Of a DNA stretch of 64,000 nt, positions 48,770-61,893 are shown piece by piece. The notes under the pieces are model-generated. The model did no database searches, had not been told where the DNA came from, and worked only from the letters and a program-made list of their open reading frames with translations. The stretch is from contig CAUYUJ010000214.1 in the NCBI GenBank assembly GCA_963575745.1, forward strand, positions 372,001 through 436,000, written 5' to 3'. Each line of letters opens with the position of its first letter. Position 1 is the first letter of the stretch. The DNA comes from Prorocentrum cordatum (Eukaryota). The position numbers and the translations under genes are program-made.

Positions 48770-49945
48770 TGAGAGTTGCGAGGATGTCTCAGGCGAAAGT
48801 GGCTTGACGGCCCGAGCTCAGGGAATCTCGGAATCGCTGGCCTGGCTCGGCCACCGGCGAGCTCGGCCTGTGCGAATACTGTGCGTACCTGTGCAGTGCA
48901 TGTGCGGGACGTGCAAGAATGCCGGGGCCGGCGTTCGTCTCCGGACGCCGGCGCGTTCGCATCCGGCCAGTTCCGCGTGAGACGTCGTCGGCAATCTGGA
49001 GGCCGACGTGCTTTGACATAGAGTGATCTGGCCACCTTCGCCTGAGACATCCTCGCAACTCTGGTCTCGGAGATGCCCTGCCCCATGGTGGCCTGGCCAC
49101 TTTCGCTTGAGACATCCTCGGGACTCTGAGTTTCGAGACGCCCTGAGCTGAGGTGGTTAGACCACTTTCGCCTGAGACATCCTCGCAACTCTGACCTCAG
49201 AGATCTCCTGCCCCATGCTGGTCAGGCCACGGTCGCCTGAGACATCCTCGCAAGTCTCGATTCCGATATGCCCCGAGCTGAGGTGGTCAGCCACTGTCGC
49301 CTGAGACATCCTCGCAACCCTGATCTCAATGATGCCCTGCTCGATAGTGTCTCGGCCCCTTTCGCCTGAGACATCCTCGGAACTCTGGGTTCCGAGACGC
49401 CCTGAGTTGAGGTGGTTAGACCACTTTCGCTTTAGACATCCTCGCCCGAGATGCCCTGAGTTGAGCTGTTCAGGCCACTTTTGCCTGAGACATCCTCGCA
49501 ACTCTGACCTCAATGATGCCCTGCTCCATAGTGTCTCGGCCTTTTTCGCCTGAGACCCTCGCAACTCTGGGTTCTGAGATGCCCTGAGCAGGTGGTCAGG
49601 CCAGTCCTGCCTGAGACATCCTCGCAACTCTGGGCTCCGAGATGCCCTGGGCTGAGGTGGTCAGACCACTCTCCCCAGAGACATCCTCGCAACTCTGACC
49701 TCAGAGATCTTTTGCCCCATGGTGGTCAGGCCACTTTCGCTTGAGACATCCTCACAACTCAGACCTCGGAGGTGTCCTGCCCCATGGTCGTCTGGTCACC
49801 TTGACCAGCGACATCCTCGCCACTCTGGTTTCCAAGATGCCCTGCCCCATGGTGATCCGGCCACGCTTGCCTGAGACATCCTCGGAACTCTGGGTTGCGA
49901 AATGCCCCGAGCTCAGGTGGTCAGGCCACTATCGCCTGCGACATC
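48770..49945. repeat. ~60-bp satellite (CTGAGACATCCTCGCAACTCTG...GAGATGCCCTG...GGCCACTTTCGC)
   Basis: About 15 tandem units at 49030-49945 and one inverted unit at 48770-48825. Confidence 0.9.
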
Positions 49946-51184
49946 TCTGCGGCATGTGCGGGCATGTGCGTCTATGCTTTCAGAGTTTTGCTTGACCGTG
50001 CATTCGACTGTGCGTCGGACGGTGTGGCATGTGCGCGCATGTGCGGCAATGCTGTTGAGGCTTTTGTAAATTTGCATGGGCATGTGCATGCGACTGTGCG
50101 GCATGTGCCTGCATGTGCGGCCCCTTCCGGACCACAATTTCAAAGTGAGCACTATAGAAGTGAGCGCTATAGAAGTGAGTCCGGTGTATGGAGGTTGCCA
50201 CGGCGTGCAGGAGGATTCGATGCTCGTTTCGGGGACCTTCCTGGAGCCCACCTAACGGATCTGTTCGACCCCAGTTCGACTCAAGTTCGACTCAAGTTCG
50301 ACTCAGGTTCGACTCAGGTTCGACTCAGGGTCGACCCAACTCGACTGACGTTCGACGCAGCTTCGACGCACGAGTGGAGCGAGTGGCTCCAGGAAGGTCC
50401 CCAGAACGAGCATCCAAGGAGGAGAGCTGTTATCAGGTGCGCGCGTCCGCCAGACCAGTGCTTGTGCTGTGCCGCCCGTGCTGCTGGTCACTCCTGCAAT
50501 TAAGTTTGAATGTGCAGTCGGCGTTTCCGGATGAGGAGTCTTTTAGGGCACCTTGTTGTGGTGCGCGTGTTTTGATCCCAGTCTTTTGTGTGCCAGCGCC
50601 GGAAAAAGCATATCGTCGTAGATCCTGGAAGTCGACGACGGCCTCGACGGCGACTGGGGGGGGAAAAAGTACCGATGCCGCTACCCCACGGACCTCTCCT
50701 GGGTTGCGTTCACCCTATTGCTTCGATGAGAATCCAGCCATGGTGGCGAGGACTCTCCAGGACGAGCGGCGGTGTCGGTACTTTTCCAAGCTTCTTCCCC
50801 CTCTGAGCGGCGGCGACGGCGACGGCAACGACGACGACGGCGACGGCGACGACGACGAAGGCCCCCCTCTGAGCGACGACGACGATGACGACGAAGGCCC
50901 CCCTCTGAGCGACGACGGCGACGACAGGCAGAGAATAGCCCCCTGCTGACGCCGCGCAGCCCGGCGGCCGCCTCGGGGCGGCGGCAGTCGCACGGCAGCC
51001 CCGCGCTGACGCCGCGCAGCTCGGTGTCGCTCTTCGAGGCGGCGGGCTCCAAGGACGCGTCGCCGTGGGGGCACGGGAGGTGGTCCTGCGGCCAGGGGCA
51101 GCGATGCAGGGGGTGTTCGCCGTCGGAGGAGCGCGAGGAGTAAGAGTAGGAGGAGGAGGAGGCGGAGGAGGAGGAGGAGGGCCA

Positions 51185-52070
51185 GTGGAAGCCCAAGAGA
51201 CATCAACGATGTTGGAGTAAAACCTCTCTCCAAGCTCCCTCGTCATAGCCTCTACAGCGGTTTATCTCCGTTGAAGGAACGGCCTCCTTGGAAGACAACT
51301 TTTTGAAGACCCTGAAAGACATGTCAAAACAGTGTTCTCGGGATTCGAACGCCACGGATCAACTTGACTGTTGCGTCTTAACAATCCTGAATCGTGCCAG
51401 AATACAGTTCCTGGGACTTCAACAAAGCGAATCAACATAGCTGATGCACCCGCATAATTCTGAATCCTTTCAGAACACCATTCTTGACACACGTTGATGA
51501 TGGGAATCCGCGAAACCCTCTTGGATTTTTTGTTGAAAACGAATGTGCGCCGCGCTAAGTCGAGAGCCACATTTTGAAAATGATCCGCCCTCAATCCGTG
51601 AAGCTCTTGCAAATTGTTACAGCGAATGTGCGCCGCGCAAAGGCGAGAGCCACATCTTGTAAACTACCCGCCCTCAACCCGTGAAGCTCTTGCAATTGTT
51701 TACAACGAATGTGCGCCGCGCTGAGGCAAGAGCCACATGTTGAAAGTCACCCGCCCTCAATCCGTGAAGCTTTTGCACATTTGTTACAGCGAATGTGCTC
51801 GGCGCTAAGGCGAGAGCCACATTTTGAAAACCACCCGCCCTCAATCTGTGAAGCTCACGCAATTGTTTAAAAGCGAGTGTGCGCCGCGCTACGGCGAGAG
51901 CCACATTTTGAAAACCACCCGCGCTCCATTTGTGAAGCTGTTGCCACTTTTCGAGCGTCAGAGTCATAATTGGTGAGGAAGTCTCAGGCGAAATGCTAGG
52001 CCCGCCCTAAAAACTGGCCTCGGGGTGCGACAGGGAAAAGTTTTGAATAAGGAAAAGGAATGGATGGAGA
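51185..52070 (+). mobile_element. ~900-bp dispersed element with internal ~80-bp tandem units, bounded by (GAG)n
   Basis: Direct copy at 52900-53895. Shared head CCCAAGAG.CATCAACGATGTTGGA and tail GAAGTCTCAGGCGAAA..GGCCCGCCCTAAAAACTGGCCT..TGCGACAGGGA. A degenerate inverted relative lies at ~55350-55720. Confidence 0.8.
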
Positions 52071-52899
52071 GGAGGAGGAGGAGGAGAAGTTGAAGGAGAG
52101 GATGAGGAGGAAGAGGAGGAGGAGGAGGAGGATGAGGAGGAGGAGAGGAGGAGGAGGAGGAGGGGGAAGAGGAGGAGGAGGAGGAGGCGCTCTTCGATAC
52201 GGCCAGTCCTAAGGACTGTGACCATGGAGGAGCAAGGACACCCACGAGGGCGCGAAATTAGTCGCGATTCCTCATCCTCATCCTCATCCTCATCCTCATT
52301 ATCCTCTGCTTCCAAGGGGGGGCGGCGCGACAGCGCAAACTTGTTCGCGCTTCGCGAAGCGCGAAGCGCGGGCACAGCTGGCGGGAGTGCCCAGATCGTT
52401 CCGAACTGCTGGTTGCCCGAGTCATGACCCGAAAACAGACCGGAGGCTGTGCTCAGAGCGGGAAAGCATCGACCCCGAATTGCCCATTCATCGCCGATAG
52501 TGACCTGATAGCCCACCCGCCCAGGAACACGCGGTTTCGCTATGGGGGGCGTATCGCCGATCCATCGGCGATGCATCAGCGATTCCAGGTCGATGTTTCC
52601 ACCCCGAGGCAGTCCCCCCTAACGTTCCTCTTCAGGGTACGTTGTATCTACGGAGACATTGTCTGTCCTGTGAACCGTTTTTTTTCTTGCATCCGACGCG
52701 GGTTCGACGTGGACCTGCCGTGTATTGGGCGCTGATTCGACGCGGATTCGACACTTGCAGCGCCGCGATGGGACTGACAAGGCCCCAAGAAGAGGCGTCG
52801 CAACGGAGGTATTTCGGCCGCGCCTCATCACCTTCTGGACGCAAGGGGAGGAGGAGGAGGAGGAGGAGGAGGAGGAGGAGGAGGAGGAGGAGGAGGACC

Positions 52900-53895
52900 G
52901 GTGTAAACCCAAGAGGCATCAACGATGTTGGAATAAACCCTCCCTCCAAGCTCCCTCTTCATAGGCCCCTATAACGGTTCATGTTACTGAGAGGACTGCT
53001 TCGTTGGAAGACAATTGTTCAAAGACCCTGAAGCATGCCAAAACATTGTTTTCGGGATTCCACCGCTACGGATCAACCTTACCGTTGCGCCTTGGCGATC
53101 CTGAATCGTGCTAGCACGCCATTCCTGGGATTCGAACACCGCCAACCAACATAACTTGTGCACCCTTAAAAGCATGAATCCTTCCAAAGCGCCGTTTCTG
53201 GCACGTTGATCATGGGAGTCAGGGAAGGTCCTGCATAGGTTTAACACGAATGTGCGCGGCGCTAAGGCGAGAGCCACATTTTGAAAACCACCCGCCCTCA
53301 ATATGTGAAGCTCATGCAGTTGTTCAAAAGCGAGTGTGCGCCGCGCTACGGCGAGAGCCACACTTTGAAAACGACTTGCCCTCAAACCATGGAATTCTAG
53401 CAAATCTTTAGGACGAATGTGCGCGGCGCTAAGGCGAGAGCCACATTTTGAAAAAAGGATGCGCTTTCAATCCGTGAAACTCTTAGAATGGTTTGAAATG
53501 AATGTGCTCGGCGCTCAGGCGAGAGCCACATTTTGAAAAGGAACCGCGCTCAATCCGTGAAGCTCTTACAAGTTGTTTAAACGAATATGCGCGACGCTGA
53601 GGCGAGAGCCATATTTTGATAAGGAACCGCAATCAATCCGTGAAACCCTTGCAATTGTTTTACAACGAGTGCGCGCGGCGCTAAGGCGAGAGCCACATGT
53701 TGAAAACGACCCGCCCTCCATCTGTGAAACTGTTGCCAGTTTTGAAGATTCAGAAGCATAAGTGGTAAGGAAGTCTCAGGCGAAACGCCCGGCCCGCCCT
53801 AAAAACTGGCCTGAGGCCAGTTTTTAGGGCGGGCCGGGCGCACCCCGAGGGCCTCGGGTTGCGACAGGGAGAAGTTATCTACAAGGAGAAGAAAT
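52900..53895 (+). mobile_element. Second copy of the ~900-bp GAG-bounded element, containing a perfect palindrome with 27-bp arms
   Basis: See 51185-52070; palindrome at 53786-53840. Confidence 0.8.
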
Positions 53896-54670
53896 GGAGG
53901 AGGAGGAGGACGAGGAGGAGGAGGAGGGAGTGCACGAGCTCGCGGGAGGCGAACGCTGCTGGGAGTGCGAGCGCGGCCGGGCCTTTGCTGGCCCAGGCTC
54001 GTGCCGAGATCGGCGCGCTCCTCCAAGAGATGCCAGCTCGCTCCCCCTCCCCCTCCCCCTCCTCCTTCTCCTCCTCCTCCTCCTCCTCCTCCTCCTCCTC
54101 CCCCTCCTTCCCCTCCTCCCCCTCCTCCTCCTTTTCCTCCTCCTCCCCCTCCTCCTCCTTCTCCTCCTTCTCCTCCTCCTCCTTCTCCTCCTCCTCCTCC
54201 TTTTTCCTCCTCCTTCTCCTCCTCCTCCTCCTCCTCCTCCTCCACTCCTCCTCCTCCTCCTTCTCCTCCTCGTCCTCCTCCTCCTCCTCCTTCTCCTCCA
54301 CCTCCTCCTCCTCCTCCTCCTGATCTTCCTCCTCCTCATCCTCCTCCCACTGCCTCCCTCCTCCTCCTCCTCCCTCCTCCTCCTCCTCCTCCTCCCCTCC
54401 TCCTCCTCCTCCTCCTCCTCCTCTCCTCCTCCTCCTCCTGATCCTCCTGATCCTCCTGATCCTTCTCCTCCTCCTCCTCCTCCTCCCCTTCCTCCTCCTC
54501 CTCCTCCTCCTCCTCCTCCTCCGTGGGAACAGGGGGTCCCGAGGCGCGTCGCCGTGTCTGGTCTCCCGGGGCCCCGCCACCGCTCCCGGGGCCGTCAGGG
54601 AACGGCTCGGGAGGGAGAGCTGGTCTTCGGGGCAAGCCCCAGGGAGCAGGACCCGTGCTCCTCTGGCGCG

Positions 54671-54712
<42 letters not shown>

Positions 54713-54878
54713 GGAGGAGGAGGAGGAGGAGGAGGAGGAGGAGGAGGAGGAGGAGGAGGAGGAGGAGGCGGGGGAGGAGGAGGCGGGGGAGGAGGAGGAG
54801 GAGGAGGAGGAGGAGGAGGAGGAGGAGGAGGAGCAGGACCCTTTTGCTGCATGACCAAGGGGGGATTGAGGAGATCTG

Positions 54879-55078
54879 GGCCTCCTAGATGGGGTCCGAG
54901 TATGCATCGCCGATGCGGCTCGATGTGCGGCCCGACTTGCTTCACGTCGACGTCGCCGATGCATCGCCGACGTCGGCATCGCCGGTGCATCACCGATGCG
55001 TCGCGGATGCATCGCCGATGTATCGGCGATGCGGCGCGATCCTCCGACCCCATCTACTCCGACCCCATTTAGGAGGCC
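54879..55078. mobile_element. MITE, same family as 27097-27318
   Basis: GGCCTCCTAGATGGGGTC ... GACCCCATTTAGGAGGCC termini; same internal sequence. Confidence 0.85.
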
Positions 55079-55969
55079 TCTAGGAGGGGAGGAGGCCTCT
55101 AGGAGGCTTCCCTCGCATCTCCTTTGGCTGGAGCTGCATCTGCTTCACCCCTCCCGCTTGTGTTCTCATCGAGGATCTTTTTTGGACTGCCTGACCTGAC
55201 GTGAACTCATGACCCTCGTCCATCCCTTCTGGATTACTCCTCCCCGTTGCACCCCCAGACGTGCCAGTGGGGCGTGCCGGCGGGTTCGCCTTAGTTTTCC
55301 TCACCAGTTGTGGTCCTGAAGCTGGAAAGCGGCAACAGTTACGAGGATTGACAACCAGGCTTTCTCATAATGGGGCTCTCGTGCTGGCGCCGCGCACCTT
55401 TGCCGTGTAAGAGCTTGCTTCAGTGTGGCGGATGGAGCACTGGTGGTTTTCAGAATGAGCTCTCGCCTCAGCGCCGCGCATATTCGTCTTGTGTTGCAAC
55501 AGCTGCAAGGATGGAGGGGGCTGGTGTTCAAAATGCGCTCTTGCCCCAGCGCTGCGCGCTGCCGTGTGAAGCTTGCAGCCATTACAAGGATGGAGGGCGG
55601 TCCTTTTCAAATTGGCGCTTTCGCTGTAGCGCCGCGCACATTCGCTTTAAACTTTTGCAACACATACAGAGGTGGATGATTATTCCTTCTTCAACATGTG
55701 GCTTTCGCATGTGGCATCCTTGAAATTAAGAGCCAAAGCCTTGAACAGCCATAGCAGCTGCACGGATGGAGGACGATCATGTTCTGAAATGGTGTTCCCG
55801 CGTAAGAGTTCGTCTAACAAGTCCATGGCAAGAAATGTGTAACCAGGAAAGATCGCTTCCGTGTAATAGCACGTAGTGACATCCTCCGTGAACTTCCGAC
55901 GTTTGTTGCCATTTGGGCTCAGGCGTTTGGCCGTTTCGAACAAAAGGTTGGGCGCCGATGTTGGGCCGT

Positions 55970-57840
55970 GCGCCCTCGACGCCATGCAGCGTCGGGTCAG
56001 CGGGATGCTGCATTGCTGCGGCCTCCTCGGCATGCGCCTGGCGCTCTGGCGGTCGAGCAGGTGGCGGCGGCCGCGGGCCTCAGCGTGGAGGAAGCCCGTT
56101 CGCCGCAGGGAACTGTAGCCCAGGCGGTGGACGAGAATCCGCTCCAGAAGCGGCTGCGGGCGCTTAGCGGACGCCCCGAGAAGGCCATGGTGGATGACGC
56201 CGTGGCGGCGAGCATCGTGGCCGCGCGCGCGCTGGAGAGGCGAGACCATCCCGCCGACAGGGGCGGCGCTGGCGGGGACCCGTTGCGCGCGAAAGCGCCG
56301 CGCCGCCGCCGAGGAGACGCGTGGCGAGCTGGAAGCCCTTGGGTGGGCCCGCTGGAGGCCGCGCCTACTCCAGCTGTTCGGCGAGATGAAGGTGTCCTCG
56401 CTTGAAGCGGCGCGGTCCTGCATGGAGGCAGGGCGGGCGCTGGGCGGCATAACGGGCCGCGCGCGCTTCAACGCGGTGAGGTCGTACGTGCGCGCGGGCG
56501 AGACGCTGCGCCGGTGGCTCCTGCGCGCACAGTGTCTCGTTGCCGAAGACGGTCGTGCACTTCGTCGGCTACATGAACGCCCGGGCGGCCTAGCCTTACG
56601 GGCCGACGGTGCCCAACCAGGCCCTCCGCGCCCTGGCCTGGGCCAAGCGCGCGGCGGTTGTCGACCCGAGCGTCTGGCAATCCGTTCGGCCGAAGGCCCA
56701 GCATGTCGTCGCGAACACGGAAGGTGCCCTTCGGCATTGGCAACGGTCCCACGATAAGGGCGGCCCATTTCGCTAGTGCGTTCATCGGGGCATTGGAGCA
56801 GTTGGTCGCGGGCGGCCTCACGAAGTACTTGCGCGGGGGCCGTAGCTCCGCCTCGTCAAGGCTGGGGCGGCGTTGCGCTGCGACGACCACGGCCGGCTGC
56901 CACCTCGGCGCCTCGCCTTCGCGCGCGGTGGCTCGACGGCCGCGCCGGCGCGGGCGAAGACCAGCGGCGCGGGGCGCAAGGTGCTAGAGCTGCCGCTGGC
57001 GGTGGCCCGCGAGGGCCAGATGAGGGCCCCGTCGCGGATCGAGACGGGCTCCTGCCCGTGGCAGGAGATCGCGGACTTCGAGCGGGCCCATTGCCTGCAG
57101 CGGCGCGGCGGCGCTGGCCAGGAGGCGGCCCGCAAGCGCGCCGAGGCGGCGGCGGCGGCGGACCCAAGGGGGTGCCCCAGAGAATGCTGGCGCCAGACTT
57201 GACGGGCGAGACCGCGGAGCCCCTCCGCCCCGCGGAGGTCGCGGGATTCTGGGCGGAGCTGCCGGGGTGGGCGACGACCCCGCGAGGGCCTCCGCCTCAG
57301 CGCCGGACGGGCGCCCGCCGCGCCCAGAGGTGATGGGCAGATAGGGGGCTGTGGAAGGCGGCGGCGACGGCGACACCGGAGGCTGCCGTCGAGGGCGCGA
57401 AGGAGGAGGTCGCCCAGCCGACGGAGATCGCGTCGCCCCCGAAGGGCGAGCAGGAGGCCCTGCGCGAACGCGACAGCGCCATGCGCGCGCTAGAGGCGGA
57501 GCTCGGCTTCGACGGCGGCGGATGGCAGGGCTCCCGGATCGGGGGCGGGGCGCGGCAGCCCCCGCCCGGGAGCGCGGGCCTCGAGGAGGCCAGCTGCGCG
57601 CGAAGAAGCGCAGGGTGGCCGGGCTGCGCGAGTTTGGCGGCCATGGCTGGGCTTCTCGCAGGACGCCGCTGGATGCGGCTTACTTCGGCGAGGTCTGGGG
57701 CCCGGCATCGTGCGACGCGGTCGGTCGGCACAGGGTGCCAGTGCCACTCCGCAAACTGATCGCAGTGGCAGCCTCCGAGAGCGGAGGCGAGGGCTCGGAG
57801 AGTTCGCCGAGCTCGGCGAGTTCTGGGGCGCCCGATGAGA
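55970..57840 (+). pseudogene. Decayed tyrosine-recombinase ORF (DIRS/Crypton-like element)
   Basis: Frameshifted segments in order: GRARFNAVRSYVRAGETLRRWL, GALEQLVAG..KYLR, LRCDDHGRLPP (catalytic-R box), RAKTSGAGRK (catalytic K), GFWAEL.G.A (H-x-x-R box position) and an acidic/Ser tail. Recognised by eye only. Confidence 0.55.
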
Positions 57841-58039
57841 AAGACCAGGCCGCGAGGGCCGATGGGGGGCGCCAGCCGAGGGGGCGGCTGCCCCGCGAGG
57901 CGGCCCGGGAGGTGGTCTGGCACGGAGATGTGGCACAAGCTATTTTAATTGTAGAGAAACAGCGCGCACCATTGCATCCAACACGCAGAACGGGCGCGCA
58001 CGCGTTTCCGTCGCAGTAAGAGAACGCGCGAAACCCACG

Positions 58040-59250
58040 TGGACGACACTCGAACTAAATGGACTGCACCCGAACCGCATTCGACCCACACCCGAATTTT
58101 ATGTGAATCGCATTCGGGCTAGACTTGCAGTACACCTGGGCCAGACTTGACAGTGCACTTGGATTTCACTTGGACCGCACTTGCAATGCACGGACTGCGC
58201 ATGCACCCTGCTTGAGCTACACTTGAATTTCTTTCGAACCGCATGGGAATTACATTCGAACCCACTTAAACCACACGCGAACTAGTCCTGCACCTCGCGT
58301 GAACTACGCATAAATCGCAAGGGGTACGCCTGCGCCGCATTTGCACTACACCTGAACGGCACTTAAAAACAAAACACACGCTTAAACGACACGTGATCCA
58401 CACTTGAACTACACTCGGACGACACTTGGATTACACTTGAACTAGACTTGAGCTGCACGGGGCACACCCTCATACATACTTGAATTGCACTTGAATTTCA
58501 CTTGACTTAGACTACACTTGGAATACACGCGGGCTTCACACGAACTACGCCTGGCAAACGCACTTGAACTACACTTGAACTACGCCTGAACCACACTTGA
58601 AACGCACCTGCACCAGACCCGGACAATACTTGAACTTCACTTGCACCACACTTGAGCTACAGTTGAACTGCATTTGAACTACAAGGGCATCGCTTGTACC
58701 ACACTTGAGCTACACCTGGTTCGCACTTGCGTCGCACTTGAACTACGCTGGAATTACGCTTGAGCTGCGCTCGAAATACACTTGAACCACGCGTGGACTA
58801 GAAGTGATACGCCTGTACCACACTGAATTATGGCCGAGTTAGATTTAACTCCCATATGGGCTACACTGGAAACGTGCGTGGACTACACTTGAACTCTACT
58901 TTGGTGTTCTTTGCGCTACACTTGAACTATCAGGACTACCCTCCGCCACAGTTGAGTGACACCTGGCCTACACTTGAACCCCGCTGGAACTTCCCCTTGA
59001 ACCCCTGAGCAGACACTTGAACTCTACAATTGAACAAGATCTGACCTATACTTGCATTACATTTGAAATACAAGGACTACACCTGCTACGCACTTGAATT
59101 ACACCTGGACTTCATCTGAGACGCACCTGAACTATACTTGAACAACACTTCGGCTACGTTTGAACGACATTGGAACTAGACTTGAACTAGATGGGCTACA
59201 CCTGAACTGCTGCACTTGAAGTGCGCCCGGGCTACAGTTGAAGCGCACTT
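58040..59250. repeat. Degenerate 11-bp satellite (CACTTGAACTA)
   Basis: Recurrent ACACTTGAACT variants; no ORFs. Confidence 0.88.
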
Positions 59251-60648
59251 GCGCACGCAAGCGGGCGACGCTTGAGCGCGTGAGCCAAAACCCAGGGTTG
59301 CGCCCGGATTTCCCGTGCTGCGTGCGCGCTCCACGCGCGGGCGCCCGAGGCTGCGACGCTTCCTGCGCCGCCGCGACGCGCGAGCCCCAGCGCTTCGTCG
59401 CCGCCCGCAAATAGCGGCTAAGCTGGCAAAGCAACGCAGAACCAATGCGCACCCGAAGTTGCGATCCCGTAGCAAGTAAACGCGCGCGATGCTTGTCATT
59501 ACTTCGGCAGTCACACGCTCGATTTTCCAGCCGCCCCCCAGACTGCCCTGCAGTTTCTGCAGGGCCAGCCAGTGCGCGCGCGCCCGCGCCCCACGGGCGC
59601 TGCGCGCAACGTGCCACTTGCGGGTGCGACCAGAGATGGCAAGCGCCTGATCGCATGCATCACAGGCGCTCTGAGTTGCTTGTGCCATGTGGGGTAGCGG
59701 CGATGTCGGCCGTTGGAGATGACCGCTGCGTTGTGCAACGTGGAAGAACCATTCCGTATTATACGAGCATCGGGTGTGTGGTTGCTTCTCTGTGACACAG
59801 CCTGTTGTGTGAGGGCGGTTTGTGCAATCCTTCGGTTTGCAGGCTGAAGTGCCGCATCTCCGCGCCTGCCCACCGTGAGGCCGCGCCCGCCGCGCGCGCC
59901 TCGAGCCGCGGCAGCGGTCCCGCTCGCGGCGCACCTCTGGGATCGTCTTTCGGGACCGCTCCCTCGTAGCCCTGCTTGCATGCTTGCGCGCGCGCGGTTG
60001 GCGGGGGCGGCGCCGTGAAATGGGGAGGGCGGGGAGAGGCGACGTGGGCCGCCCCCCTCGGCACGGGCGTTTCCCAGTTCCCCTGGCTGCCTGCTTGGGG
60101 CGGGCGGCCCTCCCCGCGGGGATCGGGCAGAGGGAAAGCACCCAGGCCAACGTGCCCCCGATGCTCGCAGCGTCCTGGAGGGGGTGGGGGGGGGGGCTTG
60201 GGATGCTCCTCTCACCCCGAGGTCTCCGCCTCCCTCCTCGGCGCCGCTCTTCTCGCGCGGGGGGGGGGGGCATCGAGCCCTCGGGGGCAGCAGGGGCCCG
60301 CGTTTGAAAATCCGGCGGCGCCGCCTGAAAAAGGCATGCCAGCGCCAACGCAATCACACCGTCAACGCGGCGCTATCTGGAACCATCGAGGATGTGACAA
60401 CACGTAGGTGTACGATCCTCAAATATCTTTCGACGTCCGTTGCAATGTGGGTTCAGGCTTTCGGCCGCTTCAGAAAAAGAAAGCCACCCTGGGGCATCAA
60501 ACCCTCGGGATTGGTGGGGGCCCGCGCTTGGGCCCCTGGCGCCGCCGCCCGAAAAGGAGTGTCACCGTCACCGCTATTGCACTGCCACCGCGCCGCTATG
60601 AGGAACCATTGAGGATATGGTTAGCGCGTCGCGCCGATTGTTTTTTTT

Positions 60649-60802
60649 CTGGACGGGAAAAAGACACACACAGACACAATGAATCGTCGATTCCCCCCAA
60701 AGTACGGGAAACTATGGGAAGTGGGGGGGGGACAATAACCCAGAAAATATGGGAAATATGGGGAATCCTTTTATCTGTGTGTATTTACTAGTGTGTCCCA
60801 GG
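60649..60802. mobile_element. MITE-like dispersed repeat (host of the Introner copy at 8873)
   Basis: Matches 8855-8872 joined to 9082-9219; a third degenerate copy is at ~61716-61860. Confidence 0.65.
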
Positions 60803-61423
60803 GCCCCCACCGAGGAGGAAGAATGGAAGGAGGAGGAGGAATGGGAGGAGGAGGAGGAGGAGGAGGAGGAGGAGGAGGACGAGGAGGACGAGGACGAGGA
60901 GGACGAGGAGGACGAGGAGGACGAGCTGGCCCACCGCGCTTCGGCGCGACGCGCCCGCCACGTCCAAGGTTCCCCGAGCAGCAGCGCCCAGAGGTTTCCC
61001 AGCCTCCCGCTTCGCAGAAGGGAGCGTTGCGGTGCCCCCTTGCAGGGCGCAGCGCTCCTCCTCCTCCCTCCCTCTTCCTCCCTCCTCCCTCCTCCCTCCT
61101 CCCTCTTCCTCCTCCTCCTCCTCCTCCTCCTCCTCCTCCTCCTCCTCCTTCTCCTCTTTCGCCTTCTCCTCCTCCTCCTCCTCCTCCTTCTCCTCTTTCG
61201 CCTTCTCCTCCTCCTCCTCCTCCTCCTCCTCCTCCTCCTCCTCCTCCTCCTCCCATCACCCCACCCTGGGCCCCGTCTCCTTCGCGCCGAGCAAGGACTT
61301 GTCGGTGGTGCCCTTCCTGGAGTTCGAGAAGGCGCGTCCGGCGCTGGGCGGCGCCGGAGGCTCCCGCGTGCCTCGAACGCTGCTGCTCCATCCCCCCCCA
61401 TCCTCGCTGGGGCTGCTTTTTTT

Positions 61424-61463
<40 letters not shown>

Positions 61464-61861
61464 GGCGTCGGTTTGAGCGGGCTGCGACTGGGGAGGAGAG
61501 GGGAAAGAAGGGAGGGCCCTCCTCATCCCCCCCCCCCCTTCCTCCCCCCCCCCCCGATCCTGTTTTCCTTCGCCGCCCTCCGCCCTCGCCGCCTGCTTCC
61601 CTCTGCCCGCCGCCCGCCTCTGCTGCTGCTGCTGCATCCCGAGCCGTCGCTCGACGGCCGCGAGGCCCAGCGAGGGCACCACCAGGCCGAGCACAAGAGC
61701 AGCAGGAGGAGCACAAAAACACACACACAGGCACGAGGAATCGCCGACTCCCCCAGGAAGAGATCTAGGGAAAGATGGGCAGAGGGGGGGGGGGACGACG
61801 AACGCCCAGAAAAGCATGGGGAACCATGGGGACTCCTGGGCTTTGTGTGTGTGTGTGTTTT

Positions 61862-61893
<32 letters not shown>

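Noticed and set aside
59270..59292. Minus-strand TTTTGGCTCACGCGCTCAAG, SL-like
   Set aside because: Only a 10-nt match, followed by satellite rather than an ORF.
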